Origin: Tubiluchus corallicola
Lineage: Eukaryota; Animalia; Priapulida
Direction of reading: 5' to 3'
Assembly: GCA_030141605.1 (NCBI GenBank)
Contig: JAQGDQ010000326.1
Span: 62,001-126,000, forward strand
DNA: 64,000 nucleotides
Shown here: piece by piece, positions 48,401 to 60,697 of the stretch
Layout: each line of letters starts with the position of its first letter
How positions within the stretch are numbered: position 1 is the first letter of the stretch
Program-made: the position numbers and the translations under genes
The notes under the pieces: model-generated
Databases searched by the model: none
The model's input: the letters and a program-made list of their open reading frames with translations, nothing else
What the model was told of the DNA's origin: nothing

Positions 48401-51400
48401 TCAAACGTCTCCTGGAACTGGAATTCTGTGGACACTGGTCCCCATAGGGATTTAGTAGGTCAGTTTTCCTTTTAATGGAAATTGTTTTAGTCATTTAGCC
48501 GTTTGTGAACTTAGTGAGTTTTTACACACTGTAAAAGTGTTAAATGCAAATCTATGACTTCGCATTCACTCTCTTAGTATTTAGCAAAAAGATATAAAAA
48601 ACAACTTATGCATATGTAAAACAAATGAATGGTTTTTTGGTTATGCAGTGTAATCCTTCAACATGTCATAGATCTATTCCTAAAGTTATAAGCAAAGTAT
48701 GCAGTGTATGTAATAGCTAGTCACTGCGCCATGTGCACAATTTTCTATGGAAAAGGAAAGTAACCAAGAATCTACCACTCCTGAAGAAATACTTTTTTAG
48801 TATTGAAGTGTAACTTTTGCATATGATTTAGCGCAGATGTATAAAAATTGTGATCAATTATACGAATTTAACAAAGTGCAGTAGCTTGAGTTTTCATTAG
48901 CTCAGTGTTGTTCTTCTACACTACGGTTTCTTTGAGTTTAATCCTTACTCAATAACCAAATATAATTACTCCATAACAAAGTCCAAACACATGTTAAGCT
49001 AGGCTTATACTTACTGATTTATGGTTGGACATACATGACAAACAGTAGATAGACAAAACAGATAGATAACCAGTGAAAGATGAATAGCATTTAATCAAAC
49101 ATTTTCATGGTGATGTTGTCATTTTTTTTTTATTGCCATTTGCTTTGTTGATTTACTTTTTTGTCGTTGTTGCATGAATGTTTTAATTTTATAGGTGATT
49201 TGGGCAACGCTGTCAAGCAGAAAGGTCTTATTTTTGGTCTGTATCATTCTCTTTTTGAATGGTTTCATCCCTTGTATCTTGCAGACAAGCATAACAAATG
49301 GAGTACACAGAAATTCGTTGAGGTAAGATTTTTGTAATTAGTACTGGCTGTGCTAGAGCCATTTAAGTTTTAATTAATGTTACATGCACACCCGTGCATG
49401 TGTGGTGTGCACACACACATACCCATGTATGTACAGTGTGCATGCATGCATACACATACATTGTGCACTCGCGCGTGCTCGTGCTTGTGCACTGTCAAGC
49501 TTGTGTACCAAATATGAGATTTTTCTACTTACTTTTTAGTTTTTTAAGCAGTGCAAAGTTTACTGCCATATTGTTTTTCTTACTTAAGAAAATATTATTT
49601 ATGTGCTTTCTATATGCTCTATGGTTTCTTCGGCCACATAGTCACGGAAATTCATTCACATTATTTAGTCATTTATTCCAGTTATCAGCAATGTTGAAAT
49701 GCTGTCTGTTGCTTGGTTTTCGGATATTTCTATTAGGAACCACTATACTCAATTTCGATAATTCACTTACTTGAATAACACTGATTAGCGACTTACCCAG
49801 ACTTCTGCCATGCTCCAAACATACATAGCTTTTGGTTTCTTACTTACGCTACCCTTCTGATGTCCCGTCAGTAACGTTCTTCCAGTCATTTTCACCTTCC
49901 CTTCACGATACGTTTTCAATCCAGTTTCGAATTAATAACGAAATAAGGCATTCAGAATTTCATCAACACATGTATTTTGCTGCTGCTTTTTAGATGAAGG
50001 CATTGCCAGAATTGTATGATATTGTAGAGAAGTATGAACCGGAAATTATCTGGTCTGATGGTGAGTGGGAAGCACCAAGCTCCTATTGGAATAGTACAGA
50101 ATTCATAGCATGGCTGTACAATACCAGGTAAGGTCAAATTTCCACTTACTTAAATTGTTTGTTTTTTTTTTTGCCATCAGTGGCAGCAAATTTTATTTAT
50201 GACAAATTTAGAACTTTTATGAAGTTCTTTCAATAATAAACTATTAATTTTGATAGTCTTACATCTAAAATGCAAAAATTGAGTCACTAAGTTAGCTTTT
50301 ATTGTGCCTGAAAGTGTACTTTTGTAAAACAGGAAAATAATACAAAGACCATAATACATGTCGCTAATTGCTATAACTGTATGGAAATAGTTATGGTAAG
50401 CAGTGGTATGTAAGAATGTGTTACTGCTAAACGATATTGCATTTGTATTTAGTTCTTCAGATTTTTTGTGTATTAATTTTTGCATTAATAATTTTCCACG
50501 TTTTGATTATTAAGTTTTTCAATGTAGTGTTACATTACTTTTCAATTTTATCGATAAATAATAACTTTAAGAGATGGCGCCATTGGTAATACACATTTCT
50601 ATGGTCTCTTTATTATTTTTACACTATTTTTAATAAGAAAGAAGGAAGAAACAGTGTGTTTGCTTTGTCAAACATAATTTATTTAAAGAAATGGAAGCTT
50701 TAGTTTTTTATGTAACTTGTATCAAGAGGAATTTTGTCATGGGTTATTATATTCAAATGAACGTTGAATTCCATTCTGGTTATTCATACTAATGATTTTC
50801 TTAAGTCCTGTAAAGAAAACAGTTGTGACAAATGATCGTTGGGGATCTGAGACAAAGTGCAAACATGGTGGATACTACACGTGTGAAGATCGCTATAATC
50901 CTGGTGAGCTACATTAGTGCGAATAAAATGTAACAGTGGCTGTAATAGTAATAGTTGCAGACCAGTGTCTGAAAAATAACTCTTTGTCTCTGAAAATTCG
51001 ATATCGGTAGCTGTGGTATGTCTACTGTTTTATGCTTTTCTACTGCCGACCAGAATTTAGTATAGTATGCAGCATTTTACGTGAATCTGATTACTGTAAG
51101 CACTTACCTTACTGGAGAAGAGCATCCACATGCAGCATATTTTTGATGGATTTGCAAACTTTGTTAAGTGGTTTACTATTAGCTTAGTTCTCACAAATGA
51201 ATGGATACTAATTCCAAAATGTTTAACAAATAAGCTTTAAGAAGCAATTTCACTAAAATTTCGACTACCAATATGTGACTACAGTGAATTTTTCTTGAGG
51301 CATTATTCCTTTTTATTGTTAGTTTGATGCTTAATAAAATATTTTTTCTTGGGTTTCACACCAATTCTGACATTACTGTATGGTGAGTGCTTTGTGTTTA

Positions 51401-53428
51401 AATATAGGTATTCCTGTATTTGAAAAATGAGAATGTCAAGTATAGTAAGTAAATCACGTTACACATTTTTACATGAAGTCATGTTTGTACATGTACATTT
51501 TTTGTAGTTCAAGACACAAAAGTCCAATCGCAAGTCATCTAATATCTTTCATGATGATTACTCTGTAATGTTATGTCTTTGTTTTTTTACATTTTTCATT
51601 TTAGGTGTACTGCAGAAGCATAAGTGGGAAAACTGCTTTACGTTAGACCATTCCTCATGGGGTTACAACCGTCTCAGCACCATAAATGACTACCTAACCA
51701 TTGAAGAAGTTTTGAACACATTGGCTTCTACTGTCAGGTGCATATTGTTCTTGTATTTTTACTTTTTTAGTCATTGAGTAAGTGCTTATTTCTTTTATTG
51801 AAATGAATTATTAAGAGTGATAAGATTTATAGTTTCAAAGAAATAACATGACACAAACATTTTCCATGTTGTGGTTATGGAGAAAATGAGTACAGTAAGT
51901 CTTCGCTTAACGACGCTAATGCATTCCAGCAAAATTTGACTTTAGGCGAAACGTCTTTAAATGAAACCAAGATTTCCATAGAAGGTAGTGTAAAGATTTG
52001 AGACATGTTCCAGAAGCAAAAATCAATGCTACTTAACTCATATAAATTAAACGTTTTATCTATATTTCAACTGATTAATTTCTTTCTTCTTCCTTGAAAC
52101 TACCTATCTTTCTTACCAATACCTAGCTAGCGTCATCATTGAAGCCCTACGTATGCAGTTAACGGTTGAACACTGCATAGTAAAAGCCAAGCCCAGGCGA
52201 GACCTTAAGACAATTTCATCTACATACTGGTTACTAGCAACAGGTTGCAGGCAAAATTCCTTGCATAAAATTCGATTCCGGGAGCCCACAAATAGATTTC
52301 ACTTTTAACAAATGAGAAATATGTGTCAAATATCCAGCATCATTAAAACAAAACGTCGCTAAATGGGGAGTCATTAAGCAAAGACTTACTGTATTGTAGC
52401 AGCATTAAATTATGATTTTTTTAGGAATTTGTCAAAAACTAGCAAGATTTCATAATGTTTTTGCAGTATACTTATATATCAGATGGAATCCGCTTTAAAT
52501 CATCATTGTAATCATCACCATAATTATGTTGTCTTGAATGTTGTGATTTGTTTGCAGCTGTGGTGGCAATGTCTTGATTAATGTTGGTCCCACTCATGAT
52601 GGTCGGATCATGCCTGTTTTTGAAGAAAGGCTGCGTCAGCTTGGCTCTTGGTTGGATGTGAACGGTGATGCAATATATTATACGAAACCATGGACACATC
52701 AAAATGATACGCACACGCCTAATGTTTGGTATGTAATCACTAAGATTTTATTATTTGTACATGTAGATGCTTGTCCATCTATCTAGTAGCCATATACGTA
52801 TGATTAGCCGCATATGCTTATAGAGTACCTTGGTTATAGAGTACTCTTTTCTGAGTCTTTAGCAGGTTCGCTATAATGATATTATACCGTAATTACAAAA
52901 GTTAGTTATTTATGTTTGCTTGACAATTTGAATTTTAGCTCTAGTTTTAGTTTAACTGCAATATTATTATTATTAGGTACTTAGATTATTTGGTAATTTA
53001 CATTTTGGGTACTTATGATTCTGAACAAACTTACAGTGATGTGTAGTATAATTCGCATTTATCTGAGCTATAGTGTATATGAAAGATTTAGTCTTAGCAT
53101 TTTGTTTTTTTACAGTTTACATATCAGTTAAATGATTTTCTCTCACCGTAGGTTCACAAGCAAGGAAAACCAAAGAAACCAGGTTACCGTATTTGCAATT
53201 GTTTTGAAATGGCCTGACAACAATATGCTGGAACTTGCAGTGACCAATCCTTCACCACAGACTACTGTTGCAATGCATGGATATAGTACATTGTTGTCAT
53301 GGAAACCGCGAGAGCAAGGTGGCATTGTAATTGTATTTCCAACGCTGAGTCCTGCAGAACTTCCGTGCGAGTGGGCTTGGGTGTTAAAGATAGATAACCT
53401 CGCCACATCATCACATGCAGAATTGTAA
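45430..53428 (+). CDS. FUCA: Alpha-L-fucosidase (GH29, FUCA1/FUCA2-like), secreted or lysosomal
   Basis: Exons 45430-45788, 48352-48458, 49195-49322, 49994-50127, 50806-50903, 51605-51737, 52558-52728, 53152-53428. Signal peptide, then [48 protein letters not shown] (catalytic nucleophile Asp), [21 protein letters not shown] and WAWVLK. Confidence 0.96.
45898..46280 (-). mobile_element. 5S rRNA-headed SINE (SINE3-like) in FUCA intron 1
   Basis: 5S head, about 255-nt GC-rich body and a (CAA)3 tail. Flanked by the near-identical 8-mer ATATGCAT (45890-45897) / ATATACAT (46281-46288) as a putative TSD. Confidence 0.72.
46162..46280 (-). rRNA. 5S rRNA-derived sequence, probably a SINE head or pseudogene rather than a functional 5S gene
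   Basis: Minus strand reads GCCACGGCCATATCACGTTGAAAACACCGGTTCTCGTCTGATCACCGAAGTTGAGC...GTTAGTACTTGGATGGGTGACCGCCTAGGAACACCAGGTGCTGTAGGCTT, a full-length 5S with internal control boxes. No oligo-T terminator follows. Confidence 0.85.
51893..52391. mobile_element. Tigger/pogo-like MITE in FUCA intron 6
   Basis: TA|CAGTAAGTCTTCGCTTAACGAC ... GTCATTAAGCAAAGACTTACTG|TA: TIRs with a TA TSD. Confidence 0.85.
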
Positions 53429-54822
53429 TTCTGTGCAGTTTAATTTTAAGAATTTGCAAAATAATGCAAGATATTCAAACCAAGGTTATCAGACCGATAA
53501 AACGTCAGCATTAATGCCACAAATTTGGTAGAACTGACAAAATTTGATAAATACATGATGGTTCATTGCTATATAACACCAAAACTTCAATAAACAATAA
53601 TAATAAAATTCGAAGGCATTTTGTGTCTTGCACTTGTTTGTGATGTAATAAGATTTTTTTAACTTGTCAAATTTATTGATACATGTAGTACAGGGAAACC
53701 TCGTGATAAAGCCCCAGTTTATAATACCAACCTCTCGTTATGCCGAACTTTTTGGCAAAATAAATGTCCGTATTTGCATAGACAGGTATGTATTAATGCA
53801 TGTCGTTATTATGACAAACTCGTTTAATACCAACTTTTCTGGAGTCGCAAAACGGGTGGCTTAATGAGGAGGACTCGAAAGCTAAATGCTCCTTCCTCCT
53901 CCTCACAGTATTAGTAGATAGGAAGTTTGCTTACAGAAATCTGGTTCAGAATGTAGAAATTAACCTTTTTTTAATTTTACAAGCTAGCTGCAGATAAACA
54001 TACTGAGATCTGTATCAAATTATATTTGTAAATTGTTTCTAACTGAACTGTGATATGGTGTGTAAAATATAACGTGTTTTAGTTATGTGATTGCATCACA
54101 ACTATTTGGTTATAATATACATCTATGGTCTAAATAAAATAAATTGCTGTTAAAATGTTAAAGCATAGTTACTTGTAATAATTTTTTTTTTCAAAAGTGG
54201 AGAATTAATATGATGTGAAAATCAGTTGTATTATTACAAACTGTATAATTTGCCTGGCATAGAATACACTGCTACATTTCCAGGAACATGAATTGATATT
54301 TGCTATCAGTTACATCCAAAATTACTGCCTATGTGCTGTAGAAAATCTCAGATATATATTGCATAAGAGCCTACACAAAGACATGTAGCCGTCGGTTAGT
54401 GGTAAAATGTGAACATATCAAATAATTTTTTTACATGTATAAAAAACAGTCATAAACTTCTAAGATTATCCAAAGTTCAGTGAGGTAACTAATCTTACAA
54501 AACATCTCAGATGGTTCGGATGTAATTAAATTTACTACGTGCACGAATTCTGGCCAATCACATCAAAATGAATGAAAACATTTTTAAATACGGAACTACA
54601 GAAACATTTTTTGGCTGCCTTCCATGACTGTTCTAAACATCGAGTTTTGTAATTCATTATGGTTACTAAAGGAAACAAAATTTTCAAAACCACTATTACA
54701 GTTCAAAAGTGCAAATGATAAAACTTAAAAAGGCAACATTCCAATAAAAACATGACAGATTACACGATTAAACATAAAAAAATAATCAGATTAATTTTCA
54801 ATTTGCCAATAAATAATGCTCA

Positions 54823-57214
54823 CTAATCAAAATAATCGTCTATATCAATTCCAGGATCTAGGAGATGTTCTCCATACATTGATAAATCCATTTCGTTCAG
54901 AATCAAGTTTTCGAATGTTTCTTCCAAATCTGTTTCCCCTATTAAAATTGCACCTTTCATTCTACCATTTTGTAAAATAACCTTGACGTACTCAACACCC
55001 TTAGTTACTCGAAGTAACACATCATAGTCATTGCCTAATCCTTGAGCATTGTAACGACCAAGAATCACAACTTTAAAACCAAAGAATCTAGTAGTGTGCG
55101 CGAAAAGTTCAAAGCAAAAGTCTGTAGATATTTCTTGAGACTTCATATGGGCAACCATACATTTGGCTGCATAAGTGCCCATCTGTCTCGCCTGCGACCA
55201 TAGACGCATTTGAAACCAGTGGGGCTTGGCAGGCCAGTCAACAGTGCACACATCACCAGCAGCATATATGCTGGGTATATTTGACTGCATGTTTTCATCA
55301 ACAACTATGCCACCTTCTTCTGACAATTTAAAATCATTGCCCTTTAAAAATGGTTTAGTATTTGGCTGAACACCTGTAGCACATACCACAAAATCACAGC
55401 CGTAAACTTTACCATTAGTCAATTTTACGTAGACTGGCCACTTACATTTCTCTGACTCATTGTGTAACCTGGAGACAGCTTTTTCTGCACCAGTATCATG
55501 TATCTCCGAAAATGTATGAACTTCTTCCACTTCACATTCGTATTCGATGTGAACTTCATGGGTTATTTCGCTACAAGCACCTTTCACATTAATTCCCAAA
55601 TGCCAATCTGGCCCAAGAGCTGTCCCTGGACAGGCACTCCGTTTGCCTTTATCAACTGTGTATCGTTGTCGTTTAGATGGTCTACTTTCTTCACTCTTCT
55701 TTGATTGAACGTGTTCTAGCATGAACTCTGCAGCTCCTGCATCGAGGAAAGTATGCGTGATCGTCTTGTGCTTAACAGCCCAAATGACTTCACAAGCCTC
55801 TGTTTCATACACCAACTCTGTCGCAATGCCTCCGTTCCCAACCACAATAAATCGCCGTGCACCAGATAGCTTCTCTTGAAATGCCGTCACAGTTTCTGTA
55901 TCACGGATGCCTACCACATTTGGTTTGTTTGAGGCAATGAGTTTTGGACTGCCACCAGTAGCAATACACAGTTTACTATACCGTATGGCTTCTCCACTTG
56001 TCGTATGTACGGTCTGATTTGTAGTGTCTAAATGACTAACGGCTGATGGAATGATTTTGATATTAGGGTAACTTTCATTTAGCCACGATGGTTTACTTTC
56101 CTCAATGTCAAATTCTTCAAGCGTTCTGGATACCTACAACATAAAACAATGGATTAATTATCAAAAGTATAAATTACTGAAGCTGTAGAATTATGGCAGG
56201 TAACCCAATACTAGCACAAACACATTGTGCTATTCAAGATCGTGGTTGGACAATTATGCACCAAAACTGGTCTGATGGCTGCACACTAGCAATCTTGCAA
56301 TCTTCTTTTAATACGTTTATATGTAGTTTTGCTGATGTAATATATGTGGGGCATATCTTTGGATGTCTCAGATACCCTTAAGAGAATATCTGGTAAGATA
56401 ACATAAGACATTCAGGATAAACTTGTTGAGCCAAAAGCTGTTTACAAGAAAGTCCCGACTGATTGTTTGGGAGTACAGTGATTAAATAATTAAAGAACAT
56501 GATACATGTAAATACAAACAGAAAATTTACAAAAACCCTTAGCATGTGGTTCTAGATGAGAAGCTTTCAAAGCATCTAAAGAGTCATTAGTGCACTGCAC
56601 ATTAAATTCTATGAGTGACACAGTTATGCAAATAAGGCTGTGAAAAGCCACATGAATTAAATGACAAAAACTCAGCCTTGGAAAATATTAAACAAAACTT
56701 CACTATCCCAATACACGATATTAACTTTTACATCATGGGTGGCACTATACAGTATATGACTTGATCACACGTTTAAATGTAGAACAATTGAGTGAAAATG
56801 TGAAATGTCAAGCAATGTTTGGAAAAGAACAATGCTTGGAAAATTCTTGTTGCTAATTTTTTAGAGCAAATACGATTCTATTGTCGCATAGTCTCAAGCA
56901 GCTGCCAGCACTCCGATTTTAAAATAAATGGAAACTAATGTCTAAAGTCTAACATTTGAAGAAGACAAGAAACAGATAGTAAGGTTTCTATGAGTCTAAA
57001 ACTTTTCTGCACAATATACTATTGGAAAATTACTATCTAAAAACATAGTTACTTGTTTAAAATTAGTGACAGCTTTGACGAGCGGTGATCCAGCAATTAA
57101 AATGATTGAGAATTCGTTATGCCAGTCTGATAATAAATAGGAAAGTGCTTGAACACAAGTTACTCCAGTGATTCCACCTCCAATCACAACAAGTGCATTT
57201 TTTCTCTCATCCAT
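54823..57214 (-). CDS. PYROXD1: Pyridine nucleotide-disulfide oxidoreductase domain-containing protein 1 (NAD(P)H oxidoreductase that protects the RTCB tRNA ligase)
   Basis: Two coding exons, 57053-57214 and 54823-56133. Motifs: VVIGGGITGVTC (FAD GxGxxG), KAVTNFKQ|VSRTLEEFDIEE, GIRDTE, VVGNGGIATELVYE, ALGPDW, YAAGD, WFQMRLWSQARQMG, ETDLEETFENLILN, and C-terminal DIDDYFD. Confidence 0.96.
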
Positions 57215-57758
57215 GTTACAAACTGAAAAAGAAACAATCATTTTACTTAGCATAGAGCTCATTTAGCTAGCAATACAAGCAATAACTTATCCATTTCTGC
57301 CTACATAACTTTTTCACAATTACAAGCAAACAAACTTTCTGTACCTAAAATGAGTTGATTAATCTCTAGTATAAGGCCTGGAAAAGTTCCTCACTAATTT
57401 GTTGAAGAGCACATTCTTAATCCAGTCAATGTAGTGCAGTTCATAATTAATAGTAATACTGTAATTATGTGTGAATTTTAAATAATTAGAAGTATTAATT
57501 TATTCATCCAATGAATCATACGTCCAGGGACATGATTCTGCTCACCTCCCTATGCCAGGACTCCCTGCTTGCCGCAATGCCCCAAGTGCATTTATTTCCA
57601 AGGATCAATGCTGAAGTGTTCAAATCTTTCTGTGCACAATCTAAATATGTTAACATTTGTCCTGCTGCATGTCTTTTGGCTGGTTCTATGTCTTGTTGAA
57701 GAGCTTCACTGGAATGTCATCAGGTAGTCTAAGCATAACAAGCTATGGTGATGAATCA

Positions 57759-58119
57759 TGGCAAAGATGCAAGTATCTCGGTAGTCTGCTAGCAACAGAA
57801 GATGACACATCAAGACGGAAGATAATGGCATTATAAGTTTACTCGAAACTCACAAAAGTTTTTGAGAATAGGAAGATTTCTTTGGAAACAGAAATTATAA
57901 TATTTTCAGCCTTTAGTGGAAAATGTATTTCTGTATAACTCAGTCTTAGCTCTGGACATTAAAAGCAAATCATAAAGCTGAAATCGATGCGTTTCAAAGG
58001 CGATATTAAAGAAACATTTTGGGTATCAGATGACCAAAGAAAATTTCAAACATCTATATGAAAAAATAAAACAAGAAACTTGGACAAGAAAAATAAAAAG
58101 ACGCCGTTTAAGATGGATT
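57759..58119 (+). pseudogene. Decayed non-LTR retrotransposon fragment (RTE-like, C-terminal to the RT domain)
   Basis: Broken translation with stops and frameshifts: WQRCKYLGSLLATEDDTSRRK...KLTKVFENRKISLET...VFLYNS..WTL...EIDAFQRR.*RNILGIR*PKKISN..LYEKIKQETWTRKIKRRRLRW. This is typical of the post-RT region of the RTE clade. Confidence 0.78.
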
Positions 58120-59509
58120 AATTTATTATACAACTATTTAAAGTAAAAACTTTTGAAGTAATATGCAAGCTCTTAAAAGCTCCAGTTGCAAGCCCTGAAC
58201 CAGTTATTCACAATCGGTTTATTTTAGTAATCTGACGATTTGTTTTCGTCATAGATATGAATAAAAACATACTGTACTAAAAATAGTGCAGAGTACACAC
58301 TAAGAGATACTATAATTATTTGATGATGAGACTTTTTTATTTTTGACAATAGCTTGAAATACGCCTTTTCAGTATATTTTGAATACAACCAGTCAACCAC
58401 ACATAAGCCTCATAATAATTCATTTGCATGGTGTAATATAACATTTTCCTAAAGGACAGGGGAGGGTAGAAAGCAACTACTAATACTAGAAAATACTAGT
58501 ATAGAACAGTTTACTGCGCCAAAGTATTGCTCGTGTTCCTTTGTCATCTTAGCCTCTATTCTGCCTTTTAGGGTAACTCCAATGTACTCAACAAGGTTGA
58601 GGTTCAGTTCAAGTCATTCAATTCGATCTACGCGCACCATTCCCTCCAGACTGCAAGCTGATAAGACGCACAAAGTTTCTACACTAAAACTTGGGGCATG
58701 ATATGTAAATTTAAATTAAGGCACGTATTGAAAACGCGAGTGAGTTTTTATGCAATATTCATCTTTGAGTCTCGGAAATATACAAACTGTTTTCGATAGC
58801 ACAGCTTACTGAATTGCTCATAAAATGCTCAGTAAAGCAAGTGGAATTGAGTTTAATGAGGACTTTCAAAAGTCAAGTGGGCAACTGGATGTGAAGTTTG
58901 ACTAAAATGTCATGGCTTAAAACACAAAATTTATTCCACTGTACTTCAATCGTAATTGTTTATGATCAATTTTTATCTGATGCCTGACATGTTACGGTAC
59001 AACAAAAACATTAACCATAGTACATGGAAATAATGTGCGAGATGTCAGCTTTTATTCTGGTCTCACATAAACGGGAAATGGTTGCTGATTCACTGCACTA
59101 CTGAGACACATAGGTCGCTGTTGTTGATGGAGGATATTTATTCGTAAGACTGCAGCTAAAATATTGCTGCCAGTTCGGTCATACGTTATATTATCCCATG
59201 CTCCCAACCTATGAAAACTTTTCAACGCTACAAGAACGTAGGTCTTTTACAATACCCAACGTTGTACCTTATACCTAATTGGCCATGATTGTGCAATTGA
59301 CCCTGGTGGTAAAACAATCGATAAGACAATGTGATATTGTAAATGTGCTGTATATGTCACAATAGTTTCACTTACGTATGAATAACCAGGCCCGCCCGTT
59401 TACAGATAACCCCTGCTATGGATTTGTATTAGAACAGAAATTAAGCCAGTAGGATTACTTACAATTTATTGTGCCACTGGCTTCATTCAAAGTTATAAAC
59501 CCGAATGCC

Positions 59510-60697
59510 TGTTAAGGTTCAACATGTAGCAAAAGCTCATTATGTAACAATGCCGCATTATGTAACAAATCACAAATTCGTCATCAAATGTAAAAAATTT
59601 AACAAATTTTGCGAATTGTACATTACATTAAACGTGGCAATCACTATATGACATTTTTGCAACATAATGTAACAAAAAACGATGCATCATCTAGCAGAAT
59701 AGTCAGTGGTCTACAAGTCGGGACTTGTCACGGTCTCGATGTGGTCTAATTATTGGACTAAATCAGATTCTTTCTGCCCTAGACTTGGGTTTGGTCAGTC
59801 TGGTCTGATTTGTGGCTGGTCTGTCTCAGAATGGTCTATAACTGGCTTCTCTGAGACCTGATTATATCAATAACGTATCTTTCTGGTTCTCTTGGATTCT
59901 GGTCTATCTGTAGTCTCTTTTATCAGAGGTGTGCTTTATGACTAATCTGTTTGGGGTCTGATACTGTGGCTAGTCTGTGTTGGGTTTGGTCTGCATGAAG
60001 TCTAATGTGTCAGCGGTCGAAACTGGCCGGGTTTGGTCTGATTGAAATCAAATTGAAAAACTGGGCTTTAGGGATTGGGATTTAGTTCAAAATAAGTAAT
60101 TATTATATTATGTCTGGACAAAATTTTAACGTGATAACTTGTTGCTTGTGATAGCTTTCAAAGATAAACGTATACGTACAAAAACTTCCCCAACAAAATG
60201 GCCAAGAACTGGGAAATCGTACGTAAATCCAAAAATGATCTTTGTCTTTTGGGATGCATGCTCCAGTTTTTTGCATTGACAAACGTATACAAGTGTCAGA
60301 CTAAATGCACTAAAATTACTCTTTTGAGAGATCAGCTTCTGACAGATCAGACATCTGAATTGATAGACTAAATCTCAAACAAACTAGACGCTAGACAGAA
60401 AGACCTCTGATTATATGGTCTGATATATAGCAGATCACGCTGGAGCCAGACCCACGTTAAATCAGACGGAAACTGGCCTAGTCCAATAATTAGGCTAGAC
60501 TAAGCCAAACTGCAGACCAAACCCGCAGTAGCCCTTTACGCAATGCATTGTTTTTTATACTACATAATGATAGCTACTCAGAGACGAAAAATGTTTGTAT
60601 AACGATCGTTACATAACGATCTAAAATCTTGAGATTTGTTACCTAATGCACCATTTTTGTTACATAATGCTGCATTGTTACATAATGAGTCTTAACA
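59510..60697. mobile_element. Old non-autonomous TIR element (TGTTAAG...CTTAACA) with a nested foldback element
   Basis: CTCATTATGTAACAATGCCGCATTATGTAACAAA on the left is the inverse of TTTGTTACATAATGCTGCATTGTTACATAATGAG on the right. The interior is GGTCT-rich (59700-60050) then AGACC/AGACT-rich (60290-60530) and includes the inverted pair CTAATTATTGGACTA / TAGTCCAATAATTAG. No TSD recognised. Confidence 0.7.

Noticed and set aside
53690-53870. Tigger-like 5' end (TACAGGGAAACCTCG) downstream of FUCA
   Set aside because: The right TIR is too degenerate to delimit the element.
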